A DNA stretch of 26,324 nt from IMG/VR virus record IMGVR_UViG_3300025470_000075, positions 1 to 26,324 of that record; one strand, given 5' to 3'. This DNA comes from a virus. Taxonomy: Duplodnaviria; Caudoviricetes. Shown here piece after piece: positions 16,320 through 23,936 of this stretch; position 1 is the first letter of the stretch, and each line of letters begins with the position of its first letter. Both the position numbers and the translations under genes were made by a program. The notes beneath the pieces are model-generated. The model made no database searches. It was not told the DNA's origin and saw only the letters and a list, made by a program, of their open reading frames with translations.

Positions 16320-16951
16320 AACAGATAACTCGGTGATTGATTGCGTTTTTTCTTGATAAAGTCTATCGTTCTTTCCCAACCCCACCGCCTAAAAGCTATG
16401 TCAAAATGCTCGTATTTGTAATTGTATTGGGCGCAAGCTAAACGAAATTCCTCAATGAGAATTGGCAGATCACTAACTGCAATGCCATATTTTTTGCAAA
16501 CTGATGTCAGGTCGTGGGTTTCTAATTTTCCCCTTTTCAATTCCCACTCCGTAAGAGTCATCTTCTTACTACTACCTTTATTAATTTTTTCTTTCTTACT
16601 TCCTTTATCATTATCATTATCATTATCACTATCACTATGGGCATGTTTTGGTACAATCTGGTACCCACTGGTACCCACTGGATGCGACTGGATGCGACTG
16701 GTAATTTCTTCTTTCCACCTACTTAACGCATTGTTTTTATTTCTTTTGCATATTGCATCATACCTTTCGCAATCCCTGTCCATCTGATTTTTGAAGTTGA
16801 TAAACAAAGCCTTTAGTACACCAGAAAGTTGCACATTTCCGGTTTCATTGTACAATTTAATTGCTTTGAAAAGTTGCCCAGCTTGCGCGTCATCAAGTTC
16901 ATCAAGAGCGCTTAATGAATCGACATAAAGAATAAATGATTTTTTGGTCAT
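16316..16951 (-). CDS. Replication initiator / replisome organiser (DUF6291-like N-terminus)
   Basis: KKSFILY.D...L..LDD.QAGQLFKAI..Y N-terminus; low-complexity DNDNDN linker; internal iterons; upstream of primase. Confidence 0.75.
   Translation of the reverse strand: MTKKSFILYVDSLSALDELDDAQAGQLFKAIKLYNETGNVQLSGVLKALFINFKNQMDRDCERYDAICKRNKNNALSRWKEEITSRIQSHPVGTSGYQIVPKHAHSDSDNDNDNDKGSKKEKINKGSSKKMTLTEWELKRGKLETHDLTSVCKKYGIAVSDLPILIEEFRLACAQYNYKYEHFDIAFRRWGWERTIDFIKKKRNQSPSYLL
16605..16702. repeat. Putative origin: 10-bp iterons plus (TTATCA)n
   Basis: 16651-16700: GTACAATCTG GTACCCACTG GTACCCACTG GATGCGACTG GATGCGACTG. 16605-16634: TTATCA x4 + CTATCA. Adjacent AT-rich tract. Confidence 0.7.
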
Positions 16952-16983
16952 AATCTTTCCCTTCTTTCCCTGTAAAAAGTAGT

Positions 16984-17062
16984 AGTGGGGGCGCTTCCAT
17001 CCGGGAAAGGATTGATTGAAGCATTACGGAGCAACCCGCCCCCCACTGTATCTAACCGATAC
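16984..17062 (-). other. Structured 5' leader of the initiator gene
   Basis: AGTGGGGGCG (16984-16993) pairs with CGCCCCCCACT (17037-17047); inner GCTTC/GAAGC pair; extra hairpin GTATC-N5-GATAC at 17048-17062. Confidence 0.5.
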
Positions 17063-17071
17063 GACTGCGAC

Positions 17072-17099
17072 AGTATATTTACGGAATCCTTACGGTCAA
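17072..17099 (-). promoter_or_regulatory. Promoter for replication genes
   Basis: TTGACC-N16-TATACT with GATTC in the spacer, flanked by CCGTAA direct repeats. Confidence 0.6.
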
Positions 17100-17102
17100 G
17101 GC

Positions 17103-17130
17103 AAAAAAGAACCCCCTTTTTACGGGGGGC
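17103..17130 (-). terminator. Intrinsic terminator
   Basis: Minus strand GCCCCCC-GTAAAAA-GGGGG-TTCTTTTTT, just after the Ref-like gene. Confidence 0.7.
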
Positions 17131-17153
17131 CAAGTAGTCACAAGGGAGGTGTA

Positions 17154-17438
17154 TTAATACGGCAAACAGCGTATAATATCAGCAACTTTTTCTAATAATT
17201 CATCCTCTGACCAGTATTTTTGTTGCCATGCTTTGCGTCCTAAAGTGTGGATACCTTCACGGCCTTGATGGTGAAAGTGACACAAGGGAAGAACTTTCAA
17301 TTCGTTTTTACGTCCTCCGGCCCCTGTTTTAGCGTGATGTACGCTAGCAGGGGTACGTTCGCCCATTTTTAGCAAACAAACGATACAGCCTATGTCCCTG
17401 ACTAATGCCTGATGCTTTTTTTCTGCAACAGTCACCAT
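17154..17438 (-). CDS. Ref-like (recombination enhancement) HNH nuclease
   Basis: GCIVC...VHH...VLPLCHFHHQG..GIH..G.KAW motif. Confidence 0.8.
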   Translation of the reverse strand: MVTVAEKKHQALVRDIGCIVCLLKMGERTPASVHHAKTGAGGRKNELKVLPLCHFHHQGREGIHTLGRKAWQQKYWSEDELLEKVADIIRCLPY

Positions 17439-17758
17439 TGCTTTGCCAATATCTGCCCTTTAAGGCGCTCTAATTCAGAAACGTCATCTCTGCAAACAAT
17501 GTACAGTCCTTTGTTTTTTTCTACAATCAGCTTGCGTCTTACCTGATCGTCCGAAAGAGGATTAGATTTTACCTTGCATTCAACTTCTACCCACCTTCCA
17601 AAAGGTGTCAGCGCAGTAATATCCCCAAGCCCCTTTTTACCAAAACGTATGTAATGGCCTTTGTCTGTTTTAATTGCGCCAGTGTTTTGCCTAATGACAT
17701 CACAGCCCCACAAACAGAGAAGCTGAATACATGCGGCAACTAATTGGCTCTCGCTCAT
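17432..17758 (-). CDS. VRR-NUC domain nuclease
   Basis: MSESQLVAACIQLL...RFGKKGLGDI...VEVECKV...LSDDQ PD-(D/E)xK pattern. Confidence 0.85.
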   Translation of the reverse strand: MSESQLVAACIQLLCLWGCDVIRQNTGAIKTDKGHYIRFGKKGLGDITALTPFGRWVEVECKVKSNPLSDDQVRRKLIVEKNKGLYIVCRDDVSELERLKGQILAKQW

Positions 17759-17898
17759 TTCTTTTCGCTCAATAAATACTCTTTAACCAGCACATCGCGT
17801 ATATATTGTGCAGGGGTGGTTTTGTTGCGCGAAACAATTTTATCCAGCCATTTTTTCATGTCGTCGTCTAAAAAAGTTTGCACTCGATGGTTAAACAT
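17755..17898 (-). CDS. Ribbon-helix-helix (Arc/CopG-like) regulator
   Basis: MFNHRVQTFLDDDMKKWLDKIVSRNKTTPAQYIRDVLVKEYLLSEKK (47 aa, my translation); SD GGAG; ATGA coupling. Confidence 0.75.
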   Translation of the reverse strand: MFNHRVQTFLDDDMKKWLDKIVSRNKTTPAQYIRDVLVKEYLLSEKK

Positions 17899-17918
17899 TA
17901 TTTTCTCCAAAAATTGAT

Positions 17919-17958
17919 TTGACAGCTAGATTCTATCTGATACATTCCGTGTTGTAAA
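17919..17958. promoter_or_regulatory. Overlapping divergent promoters
   Basis: Plus strand TTGACA(17919)-N16-TACATT(17941); minus strand TTTACA(17958)-N17-TAGAAT(17935); shared GANTC at 17929. Confidence 0.65.
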
Positions 17959-17995
17959 GTTACAAAACGATAATAACACAACACAAGGTGATAAC

Positions 17996-18157
17996 ATGGA
18001 TAATGATTCTCTCATAGGATTTTTGTTTGGTTTGGTAATTGGGGTATTTCTTACCCTGATAGTTATTGTTGCTATTAGAGAGCAAGATTTAGATGCTTGC
18101 CGCAAAGAACATAACGTTTATTTTTGCAAAACCGTGACTGTTGTAGGTAAGCCATGA
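17996..18157 (+). CDS. 53-aa single-pass membrane protein
   Basis: MDNDSLIGFLFGLVIGVFLTLIVIVAIREQDLDACRKEHNVYFCKTVTVVGKP; SD AAGGTG; ATGA coupling. Confidence 0.7.
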   Translation: MDNDSLIGFLFGLVIGVFLTLIVIVAIREQDLDACRKEHNVYFCKTVTVVGKP

Positions 18158-18858
18158 ACGAACAAGTAGATAACGCCATTGGTGGATTTATGGGGGATGC
18201 CTCGAAAGAGGGCGGGAAATTCTGTGCAGACGTTGGTAAACTTGCCGTAGCACCATCCCCCACCCAAACCACTGACCGCGAGGCGTTTAAAAAGGCAAAT
18301 CAACGTGGCAAAGAAATTGCAGAGCAGTCTATTGAAAAATCTTTTGGCCTAAGTCCTAATTTTACCAAACGTGAAAGAAGAATGGCTAATGCTATTTTGT
18401 ATTTGCAAGCCGCCCGCGCTGAATCAGATGAGGAGATTGAGAAGTTAAAGCATGAAATTGACGAGCAATGCCGCATTAACGGAATGGGCGGTGAGCGTGA
18501 ATTAAGTCTGATGGCGCAAATTGAACGGCTGAAAAGCGAAATCAATGAAGTAAAATACGACGAGGACGACTGTTATGAGGAAATTCAGCGGATGAGGCAT
18601 GGGATTAGAAACGCATTGTACCCCAAAGGCATTAAACATCCGCAACAAAGCGAATGGAAATGGATGCTTGAAAAAATCGCTGAACAAACAAAAGAAATCG
18701 AACGTCTGAAGCGGGTGGTTGATGCTGCAAAAGCTATCTTGCCTTATGCTGATGCCATTATTTGTTATGCCTCGACTATGGATGAACACGAGCCTAATCG
18801 TCTAGTTTTTAATTTAGGGGAAGCCCTAAAAGCCGCAGAAAAGGAGAGCGCGAAATGA
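18154..18858 (+). CDS. Coiled-coil mosaic phage protein (Ea22-like region)
   Basis: Repeated EIERLK segments; EQCRINGMGGERE motif. Confidence 0.75.
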   Translation: MNEQVDNAIGGFMGDASKEGGKFCADVGKLAVAPSPTQTTDREAFKKANQRGKEIAEQSIEKSFGLSPNFTKRERRMANAILYLQAARAESDEEIEKLKHEIDEQCRINGMGGERELSLMAQIERLKSEINEVKYDEDDCYEEIQRMRHGIRNALYPKGIKHPQQSEWKWMLEKIAEQTKEIERLKRVVDAAKAILPYADAIICYASTMDEHEPNRLVFNLGEALKAAEKESAK

Positions 18859-19718
18859 GCGAGGAATCTAAACACACCGCCGACACCAGCGTCGTTGAGT
18901 TGGTGAGGGAGTTGCGGGAAGCTTTGGTTGAAACAGTGGATTGGGCCGGGACTGTTAATGGCTACACCAACGCGAGACAATATGCGTTTCCTTTTGTTGC
19001 CAAAGCCGACGCATTCCTAGCCAGCGCACCGGAAGCAAAAGATGAAAGGCCAATTACCGAGGATGGCCGCCCAATTTTTGGGGATGGTAGCGCATGGGAT
19101 ATTAGAAGCTATTTGCTTGGTATCGAGCAAGCAAAACCGGAGTTGAGCGAGGATGAGCGCATACGAGTTGAAGAAATAACAATGTCGAAACTTCAAAGCT
19201 TTTTAAAAATAAATAATACACGAGTACGACAAACAGCGGAAGGGCAAGCATCAGTGAACTTTGCGATCGATAACTTAAAACAATTAGTACCTGATCAAGC
19301 ATTTGAACTGGAGAACTACGTAAACCAATTGATTTATGCGGTTACAAGTAACTCTAAAAATATGAATTCTGATAACTTACAAGAAGCGGCGCGCGCGGCT
19401 TTGAGAATATTGCCTGAAACAAGTCGAGAACCCAAATTAGCAAAGTCTGCTATTAGTGCTATGGCTCGCACGATCGTCTTTTTAGCACCTCCCGAAAGAT
19501 TGCGCGCTGTAAAGACAATTCTGGAAATTTCACTTAGTGATGGAATTGCATTAGAGACTAAAGAGCGATTGGCTAGTGTAGGGCTCGCAGTTGCCCCAAC
19601 GTTAGATCAGGCGGGATTGGAGCAAATTATTCGTGATTTAAGACCCAAGCTGCGTTCAAATGAAAAAATATCTCCAAGCCTAGCACAAATAATTTCCTTA
19701 GCCACTTCACGCATTTAA
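18855..19718 (+). CDS. Chimeric hypothetical protein
   Basis: Phage-typical N-terminus fused to an all-helical C-terminal ~180 aa. Confidence 0.7.
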   Translation: MSEESKHTADTSVVELVRELREALVETVDWAGTVNGYTNARQYAFPFVAKADAFLASAPEAKDERPITEDGRPIFGDGSAWDIRSYLLGIEQAKPELSEDERIRVEEITMSKLQSFLKINNTRVRQTAEGQASVNFAIDNLKQLVPDQAFELENYVNQLIYAVTSNSKNMNSDNLQEAARAALRILPETSREPKLAKSAISAMARTIVFLAPPERLRAVKTILEISLSDGIALETKERLASVGLAVAPTLDQAGLEQIIRDLRPKLRSNEKISPSLAQIISLATSRI

Positions 19719-19738
19719 CCCACATATTGAGGCATTCG

Positions 19739-19867
19739 ATGTATCTCGTTAGTTTGCATTCACAAAAGAGCGGAACCGGAAAAGCGAGCGTGCGCGAGGG
19801 GGATTGCGTGCTTACCCACTGGATGCCACTACCAGCGCCACCAGCAGCGCAGAAAGAGGGGGCGTGA
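19739..19867 (+). pseudogene. DUF551 C-terminal remnant / 42-aa ORF
   Basis: MYLVSLHSQKSGTGKASVREGDCVLTHWMPLPAPPAAQKEGA; THWMPLPxPP is the DUF551 terminal signature. Confidence 0.6.
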
Positions 19868-20112
19868 TGAGATTGCTATATTTGCAAGGTATCGGTGAAA
19901 GTGCAAACGCGGTAATTATTGTTGCCGACAAAGTAGTTTCAATTCACCCGCGCATGGTCGGTGTAGATTTTAATGCTGTGCTAGAAACATACGATACTTA
20001 CAAGGTAGAAGGCACGACCATTATTTGTGTAGGCGAAGCGTATATTGTGGCGAATGAATTTGCTGATGTGTTGAAAATGTTAGAACAACAACCCACCGAG
20101 AGGAGCGAGTGA
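19867..20112 (+). CDS. Hypothetical protein
   Basis: Start reassigned to MRLLYLQG (TGATG coupling, SD GAGGGGG). Confidence 0.7.
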   Translation: MRLLYLQGIGESANAVIIVADKVVSIHPRMVGVDFNAVLETYDTYKVEGTTIICVGEAYIVANEFADVLKMLEQQPTERSE

Positions 20113-20318
20113 TGAAAGTATTGCAACTGAAAGAAATTTTAACGATGTTTGGCGATGAAACAGAAGTTTTTATTCAAACTACACCACACGATTTATGTCA
20201 ACCTATTACCAAAAAAGCCATCAGCTTAATCGGTGCTTCGATTGATAGCCGTTCGGGGTGTTTAAATAAAGAGAAAGTTCTTCTAACCGCTTATTTCCCA
20301 CACGAGGCAACCCAATGA
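20109..20318 (+). CDS. Hypothetical protein
   Basis: SD AGGAG; MKVxQLKExL-type N-terminus common in phages. Confidence 0.7.
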   Translation: MMKVLQLKEILTMFGDETEVFIQTTPHDLCQPITKKAISLIGASIDSRSGCLNKEKVLLTAYFPHEATQ

Positions 20319-20956
20319 CAACTGAATCACGCAGAGCGACACTAGAGAGATTGAACAAAATGCTTTATGATTTGGTGAAAGTAAACGTTGAAAAAGCAGC
20401 CCTAGACAGCGTTGCCGCGCCTGTGGCTGAACTGGAATTGCGAAAAGTCGGTTTCACTTGCGAGCGTACTGGCGAACGCCACACTTACAATAGCATGACC
20501 GATTTTGTTATGGCATTCTTGACCATGAAGCGTGAACGCGATGAAGCGCTAGCCGCGCCTGTTGAATATGAATATCGCCCGTATAATCCAACAACTGGTT
20601 CCAACGGTGTTTCAGCGGAAGCTATTATTCCACACACAACAGCGCCTGTGCCGCAGCAAGAGGTGGTGGAGCGTGAAGCTAGAATCATAGCGGCAAAAAA
20701 AATGGGACTTATAAAAGACCCCTACGGTGAAAAACTACCGAACGACTTGTGGCGACAGTGCATTCCAGAGGCCAAAGCAGCCCTCTCCACCCTCCCCCAG
20801 CAGCGAGTGTGGACGCGGGAGGAGTTGGTTGACCTAATAGCGCCGCGCACAGGGTACAACATGGATAATTATAACGGCACATCTTTTGCGCTCAGAATTG
20901 GCGGAGAAATTGCAGACGCCCTCATCGCCAAACAAGCCGTGATTGTGAGGGAGTGA
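20315..20956 (+). CDS. Mosaic hypothetical phage protein
   Basis: ATGA coupling; SD GAGG. Confidence 0.75.
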   Translation: MTTESRRATLERLNKMLYDLVKVNVEKAALDSVAAPVAELELRKVGFTCERTGERHTYNSMTDFVMAFLTMKRERDEALAAPVEYEYRPYNPTTGSNGVSAEAIIPHTTAPVPQQEVVEREARIIAAKKMGLIKDPYGEKLPNDLWRQCIPEAKAALSTLPQQRVWTREELVDLIAPRTGYNMDNYNGTSFALRIGGEIADALIAKQAVIVRE

Positions 20957-21183
20957 TGAGCAGTACAGAAAAAAATATTTTTTTATTTCATGAGTTAACT
21001 CCTTTTAAATTTACAGGTGCTTTTGAAAGCTTGGATTCAAAATATTTTATAGGAAGTATTGTTAGCGAATCTACGGGAATTATAATCGCAAACATTTCCT
21101 TGAATGGTGTCAATGCATCAAAAGAAAAAGTTAATCAAATTGGGGTTCTTTTAACCAAAATCTTAAACGACCTTGAACGGTAA
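20953..21183 (+). CDS. AT-rich hypothetical protein
   Basis: Coupled start; SD GAGGGAG. Confidence 0.65.
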   Translation: MMSSTEKNIFLFHELTPFKFTGAFESLDSKYFIGSIVSESTGIIIANISLNGVNASKEKVNQIGVLLTKILNDLER

Positions 21184-21190
21184 AAATTTC

Positions 21191-21289
21191 ATGAGCGCTA
21201 AAATCATATTATTCGGGTTAATCATAGGATATTTCATCCTAGGAATTACCATTGTTGTAACTGGTTGCGTATGGGGATGGTGTCAATGA
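21191..21289 (+). CDS. 32-aa membrane peptide
   Basis: MSAKIILFGLIIGYFILGITIVVTGCVWGWCQ; ATGA coupling with the exonuclease. Confidence 0.45.
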   Translation: MSAKIILFGLIIGYFILGITIVVTGCVWGWCQ

Positions 21290-21975
21290 TTAAAATTCAT
21301 GAAGAAGTAGTGCAAGGCAGTCAGGACTGGATGGCTTTACGGTGTGGCGTTTTAACGGCGAGTGACATGCATAAAATCGTTACTGAAACGACGCTAAAAG
21401 CAGCCAATAACGACAAATCACGGGCGCATGTGTATGAGATTCTTTCGCAGAAAATCACCAAACACGTTGAACCCACCTATGAAAACATGAATATGCTAAG
21501 AGGCTATGAGGACGAAATAGAGTCACGTCGGCTTTATTCAGAGAACTACGCCCCTGTTACGGAAGTAGGGTTTATCACTAACGACAAATGGGGGTTTACG
21601 CTGGGCTATTCGCCAGACGGTTTAGTGGGGGATGATGGGTTAATTGAGTGCAAGTCCCGCGCCCAAAAGTACCAGATTCAGACCATTTTGAACGGTACTG
21701 TACCCCCTGAATATGTCATGCAGCTACAGACGGGGCTTTTGGTATCCGAAAGAGAGTGGATTGACTTTATCAGCTATTGTGGTGGACTGCCAATGTACAC
21801 ACTTCGAGTCTATCCCGACGCTAAGATTCAAGAGGCTATTATTGAGGCCGCTAGAGTGTTCTACGATAAGATTGACGAAATGATCCTGCAATTCTCGGAA
21901 AAGCTTTCAACGGAGCATTTACGTCTGATTGCTACGGAACGTCAAGACTACAGCACAGGAGGAATGCATGTCTGA
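21286..21975 (+). CDS. YqaJ / lambda-exonuclease family protein
   Basis: QGSQDWMALRCGVLTAS, MLRGYEDE, GYSPDGLV, LIECKS, YVMQLQTGL, WIDFISY motifs. Confidence 0.92.
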   Translation: MIKIHEEVVQGSQDWMALRCGVLTASDMHKIVTETTLKAANNDKSRAHVYEILSQKITKHVEPTYENMNMLRGYEDEIESRRLYSENYAPVTEVGFITNDKWGFTLGYSPDGLVGDDGLIECKSRAQKYQIQTILNGTVPPEYVMQLQTGLLVSEREWIDFISYCGGLPMYTLRVYPDAKIQEAIIEAARVFYDKIDEMILQFSEKLSTEHLRLIATERQDYSTGGMHV

Positions 21976-22519
21976 TATGACCAAAGTAATTGTCGCCAAG
22001 AGTGACCAGCTAAATACTGATGATTTAATAGGTGGAAGCCAGACCATTCACATTACCAAGGTTGCTATTGCTCAAGGCGGTGAGCAGCCCGTTTCTGTGC
22101 ATTATGAAGGGGATCAGGGCAAGCCATACAAGCCGGGTAAATCAATGTGCAGGGTAATGGTTGCGGCATGGGGCAATGATGCCAAAGCCTACGCAGGACG
22201 CTCTATGACGGTCTACAGGGACGAAAAGGTAAAATGGGCGGGTATGGAGGTAGGAGGCATCCGAATAAGCCACATGAGCCATATTAACGAACCTATGACC
22301 ATTGCGCTTACTGCAACCAGAGGGAGCAAGAAGCTATTTACCGTAAAACCTTTAGTCATTCTAACCGAGGAGGAGAAAAAAATAGCTACGGACGAGGCAT
22401 CTAAAGGGATTGAACACCTAGAATCATGGTGGAAAGCTCTTACTGCTGCCGATAAAAAGAAATACCATCCGATTAAAGACGAACTCAAAACCATAGCAGA
22501 AGGAGTAAACCATGGCTAA
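21968..22519 (+). CDS. Exonuclease partner; putative ssDNA-binding/annealing protein
   Basis: Start MSDMTK with SD AGGAGG; IVAKSDQLNTDDLIGG...YKPGKSMCRVM...WG...VGGIRISHMSHI; coupled to the exonuclease. Confidence 0.6.
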   Translation: MSDMTKVIVAKSDQLNTDDLIGGSQTIHITKVAIAQGGEQPVSVHYEGDQGKPYKPGKSMCRVMVAAWGNDAKAYAGRSMTVYRDEKVKWAGMEVGGIRISHMSHINEPMTIALTATRGSKKLFTVKPLVILTEEEKKIATDEASKGIEHLESWWKALTAADKKKYHPIKDELKTIAEGVNHG

Positions 22520-22715
22520 ACGACGCTACAAAATTGAAATCACCGACTATGACCGCCTACAAGAAGCCTATCCGCTGGCAATTAAAGAAAGGGTCATTCG
22601 CACTTTTGACTATGCCTACATTGCAAAGCTGCTGGATTGTCAACTACCTGTCCCCGGCGTCATTGTAGGGGATCAGCAAATGGACATTGAAACACTAATC
22701 AGAAAGGAAGCGTAA
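22512..22715 (+). CDS. Hypothetical protein
   Basis: SD AAGGAG; EITDYDRL...PVPGVIV. Confidence 0.7.
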   Translation: MAKRRYKIEITDYDRLQEAYPLAIKERVIRTFDYAYIAKLLDCQLPVPGVIVGDQQMDIETLIRKEA

Positions 22716-23036
22716 ATGTACCAGCTTAGTATTCTTCTAAGTCACCATAATCAAGTCATTAGCTTGATTTACAACACCAAAGAAAAGGTGGATGCTGCGT
22801 GTAAATCTGTGATGAATTTAATTGAAAACCATGAAAATGTTATCACTATTGATGATGAGCACGCTCATTCTGCTACTTTTTACAGCAAGAGCGTAACTTC
22901 TATCTTGGTTTCAAACTACGACGCTGATTTGAATTTGCAGGTGGACAAGAAATTTTTAGAGGCTCGTTCCCAAAAGAAATTCGAGAACAAACTACGCACT
23001 GACCCATCATTCAATTTAACTGGAGGCATCCAATGA
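22716..23036 (+). CDS. Hypothetical protein
   Basis: SD AAGGA; abuts the previous stop. Confidence 0.75.
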   Translation: MYQLSILLSHHNQVISLIYNTKEKVDAACKSVMNLIENHENVITIDDEHAHSATFYSKSVTSILVSNYDADLNLQVDKKFLEARSQKKFENKLRTDPSFNLTGGIQ

Positions 23037-23221
23037 CGGAAGAACCACCATCACTGGCTGACGTAGCCGAAAAACAAACGGACGAAGCCAAAATCTATCT
23101 AAAAATAGCCCAAGCCATTAAACTGAAACAATGGTGCGTCGAACAAGCCGTTCAATCCCATTCTTTGAGTGATCCTCTTAGCTTGGCTAATAATTTTTAC
23201 AAATTTATCACTACGCCTTAA
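23033..23221 (+). CDS. Hypothetical protein
   Basis: SD GGAGG; LKQWCVEQAV...ANNFYKFI. Confidence 0.7.
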   Translation: MTEEPPSLADVAEKQTDEAKIYLKIAQAIKLKQWCVEQAVQSHSLSDPLSLANNFYKFITTP

Positions 23222-23442
23222 TTTACACACCCGCGTTTGAAGAACTCCTGCTGCTTGGTGTATTTATCAAACCAAACTGCAAACGTAGGGGGAGTCCTGA
23301 CAGAGTCTATCCAGTCTAGGGTAGCTCTGTCAGGTATCACAGGGGAAGGGCAGAAATAAGGAACAGGCTTATTCGTCGTCCCGCAAGCGCACAACATTGT
23401 CATGGACGCTATTGCTAGGCTTAGAAAGAGCCTCCGCTTCAT
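23218..23442 (-). CDS. Outer-membrane spanin (Rz1-like lipoprotein)
   Basis: MKRRLFLSLAIASMTMLCAC lipobox signal; Pro-rich mature part; overlaps the preceding gene. Confidence 0.7.
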   Translation of the reverse strand: MKRRLFLSLAIASMTMLCACGTTNKPVPYFCPSPVIPDRATLDWIDSVRTPPTFAVWFDKYTKQQEFFKRGCVN

Positions 23443-23560
23443 CTTTGTAAGGTTGTATGGCATTTTTAATGTCCTCCTGCTCTTGGTGGGCGCTGAACAA
23501 CCTGTCCAGCCACCCCCCAATGAGTGATTTAACCACTGCAAATGCAACACTGAACCACAT
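23369..23560 (-). CDS. Inner-membrane spanin (Rz-like)
   Basis: N-terminal hydrophobic segment plus short helical domain; overlaps the lipoprotein gene. Confidence 0.55.
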   Translation of the reverse strand: MWFSVAFAVVKSLIGGWLDRLFSAHQEQEDIKNAIQPYKDEAEALSKPSNSVHDNVVRLRDDE

Positions 23561-23928
23561 TATGCAACCGTTGGAGAAGCGCCTTCTACCACAGCAGCGG
23601 GTTTGGGCAGGTTAGCAATAATGAGTGATACAGCACCATGCGCTGCGTTCACAGCGTCTTGCTTCAAATCTTCTTTAACTTGAGCCGTAACTTGTGGAAC
23701 CAATGCAGCAATCGCAGCACCCACGTTACCGCCCGATGCAATGACCGTACCAATATCTTCCAAACCTTGTTCTAAAATGGTCAGACCTTGTTGGCCGATG
23801 GTAGCTTCAATTTGTTTTGCCAAAGCAGCAAGACCGGGAAGAAGCTTCTGCTCCAGTTCCGTAAATACGGTATCTACTTCGGTTTCGGTTGAATCAAAAA
23901 AATCTACAATTTTAGTCCAAATGCTCAT
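23560..23928 (-). CDS. Hypothetical helical protein within lysis cassette
   Basis: 122 aa; SD AGGGGA; between endolysin and spanins. Confidence 0.75.
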   Translation of the reverse strand: MSIWTKIVDFFDSTETEVDTVFTELEQKLLPGLAALAKQIEATIGQQGLTILEQGLEDIGTVIASGGNVGAAIAALVPQVTAQVKEDLKQDAVNAAHGAVSLIIANLPKPAAVVEGASPTVA

Positions 23929-23936
23929 AAAATCCC

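Noticed and set aside
16651-16702. Possible mini-CRISPR or VNTR
   Set aside because: Contiguous 10-bp units with no spacers, inside a replication gene; iterons are the simpler explanation.
16422-16787. 121-aa plus-strand ORF with LSLSLS
   Set aside because: Antisense reading of the DNDNDN repeat in the initiator.
16984-17062. Possible tRNA
   Set aside because: No T-loop GTTCRA, D-loop or CCA arrangement found.
16948-17133. 61-aa ORF upstream of the initiator
   Set aside because: Spans a terminator, promoter and structured leader; TTG start; better explained as non-coding.
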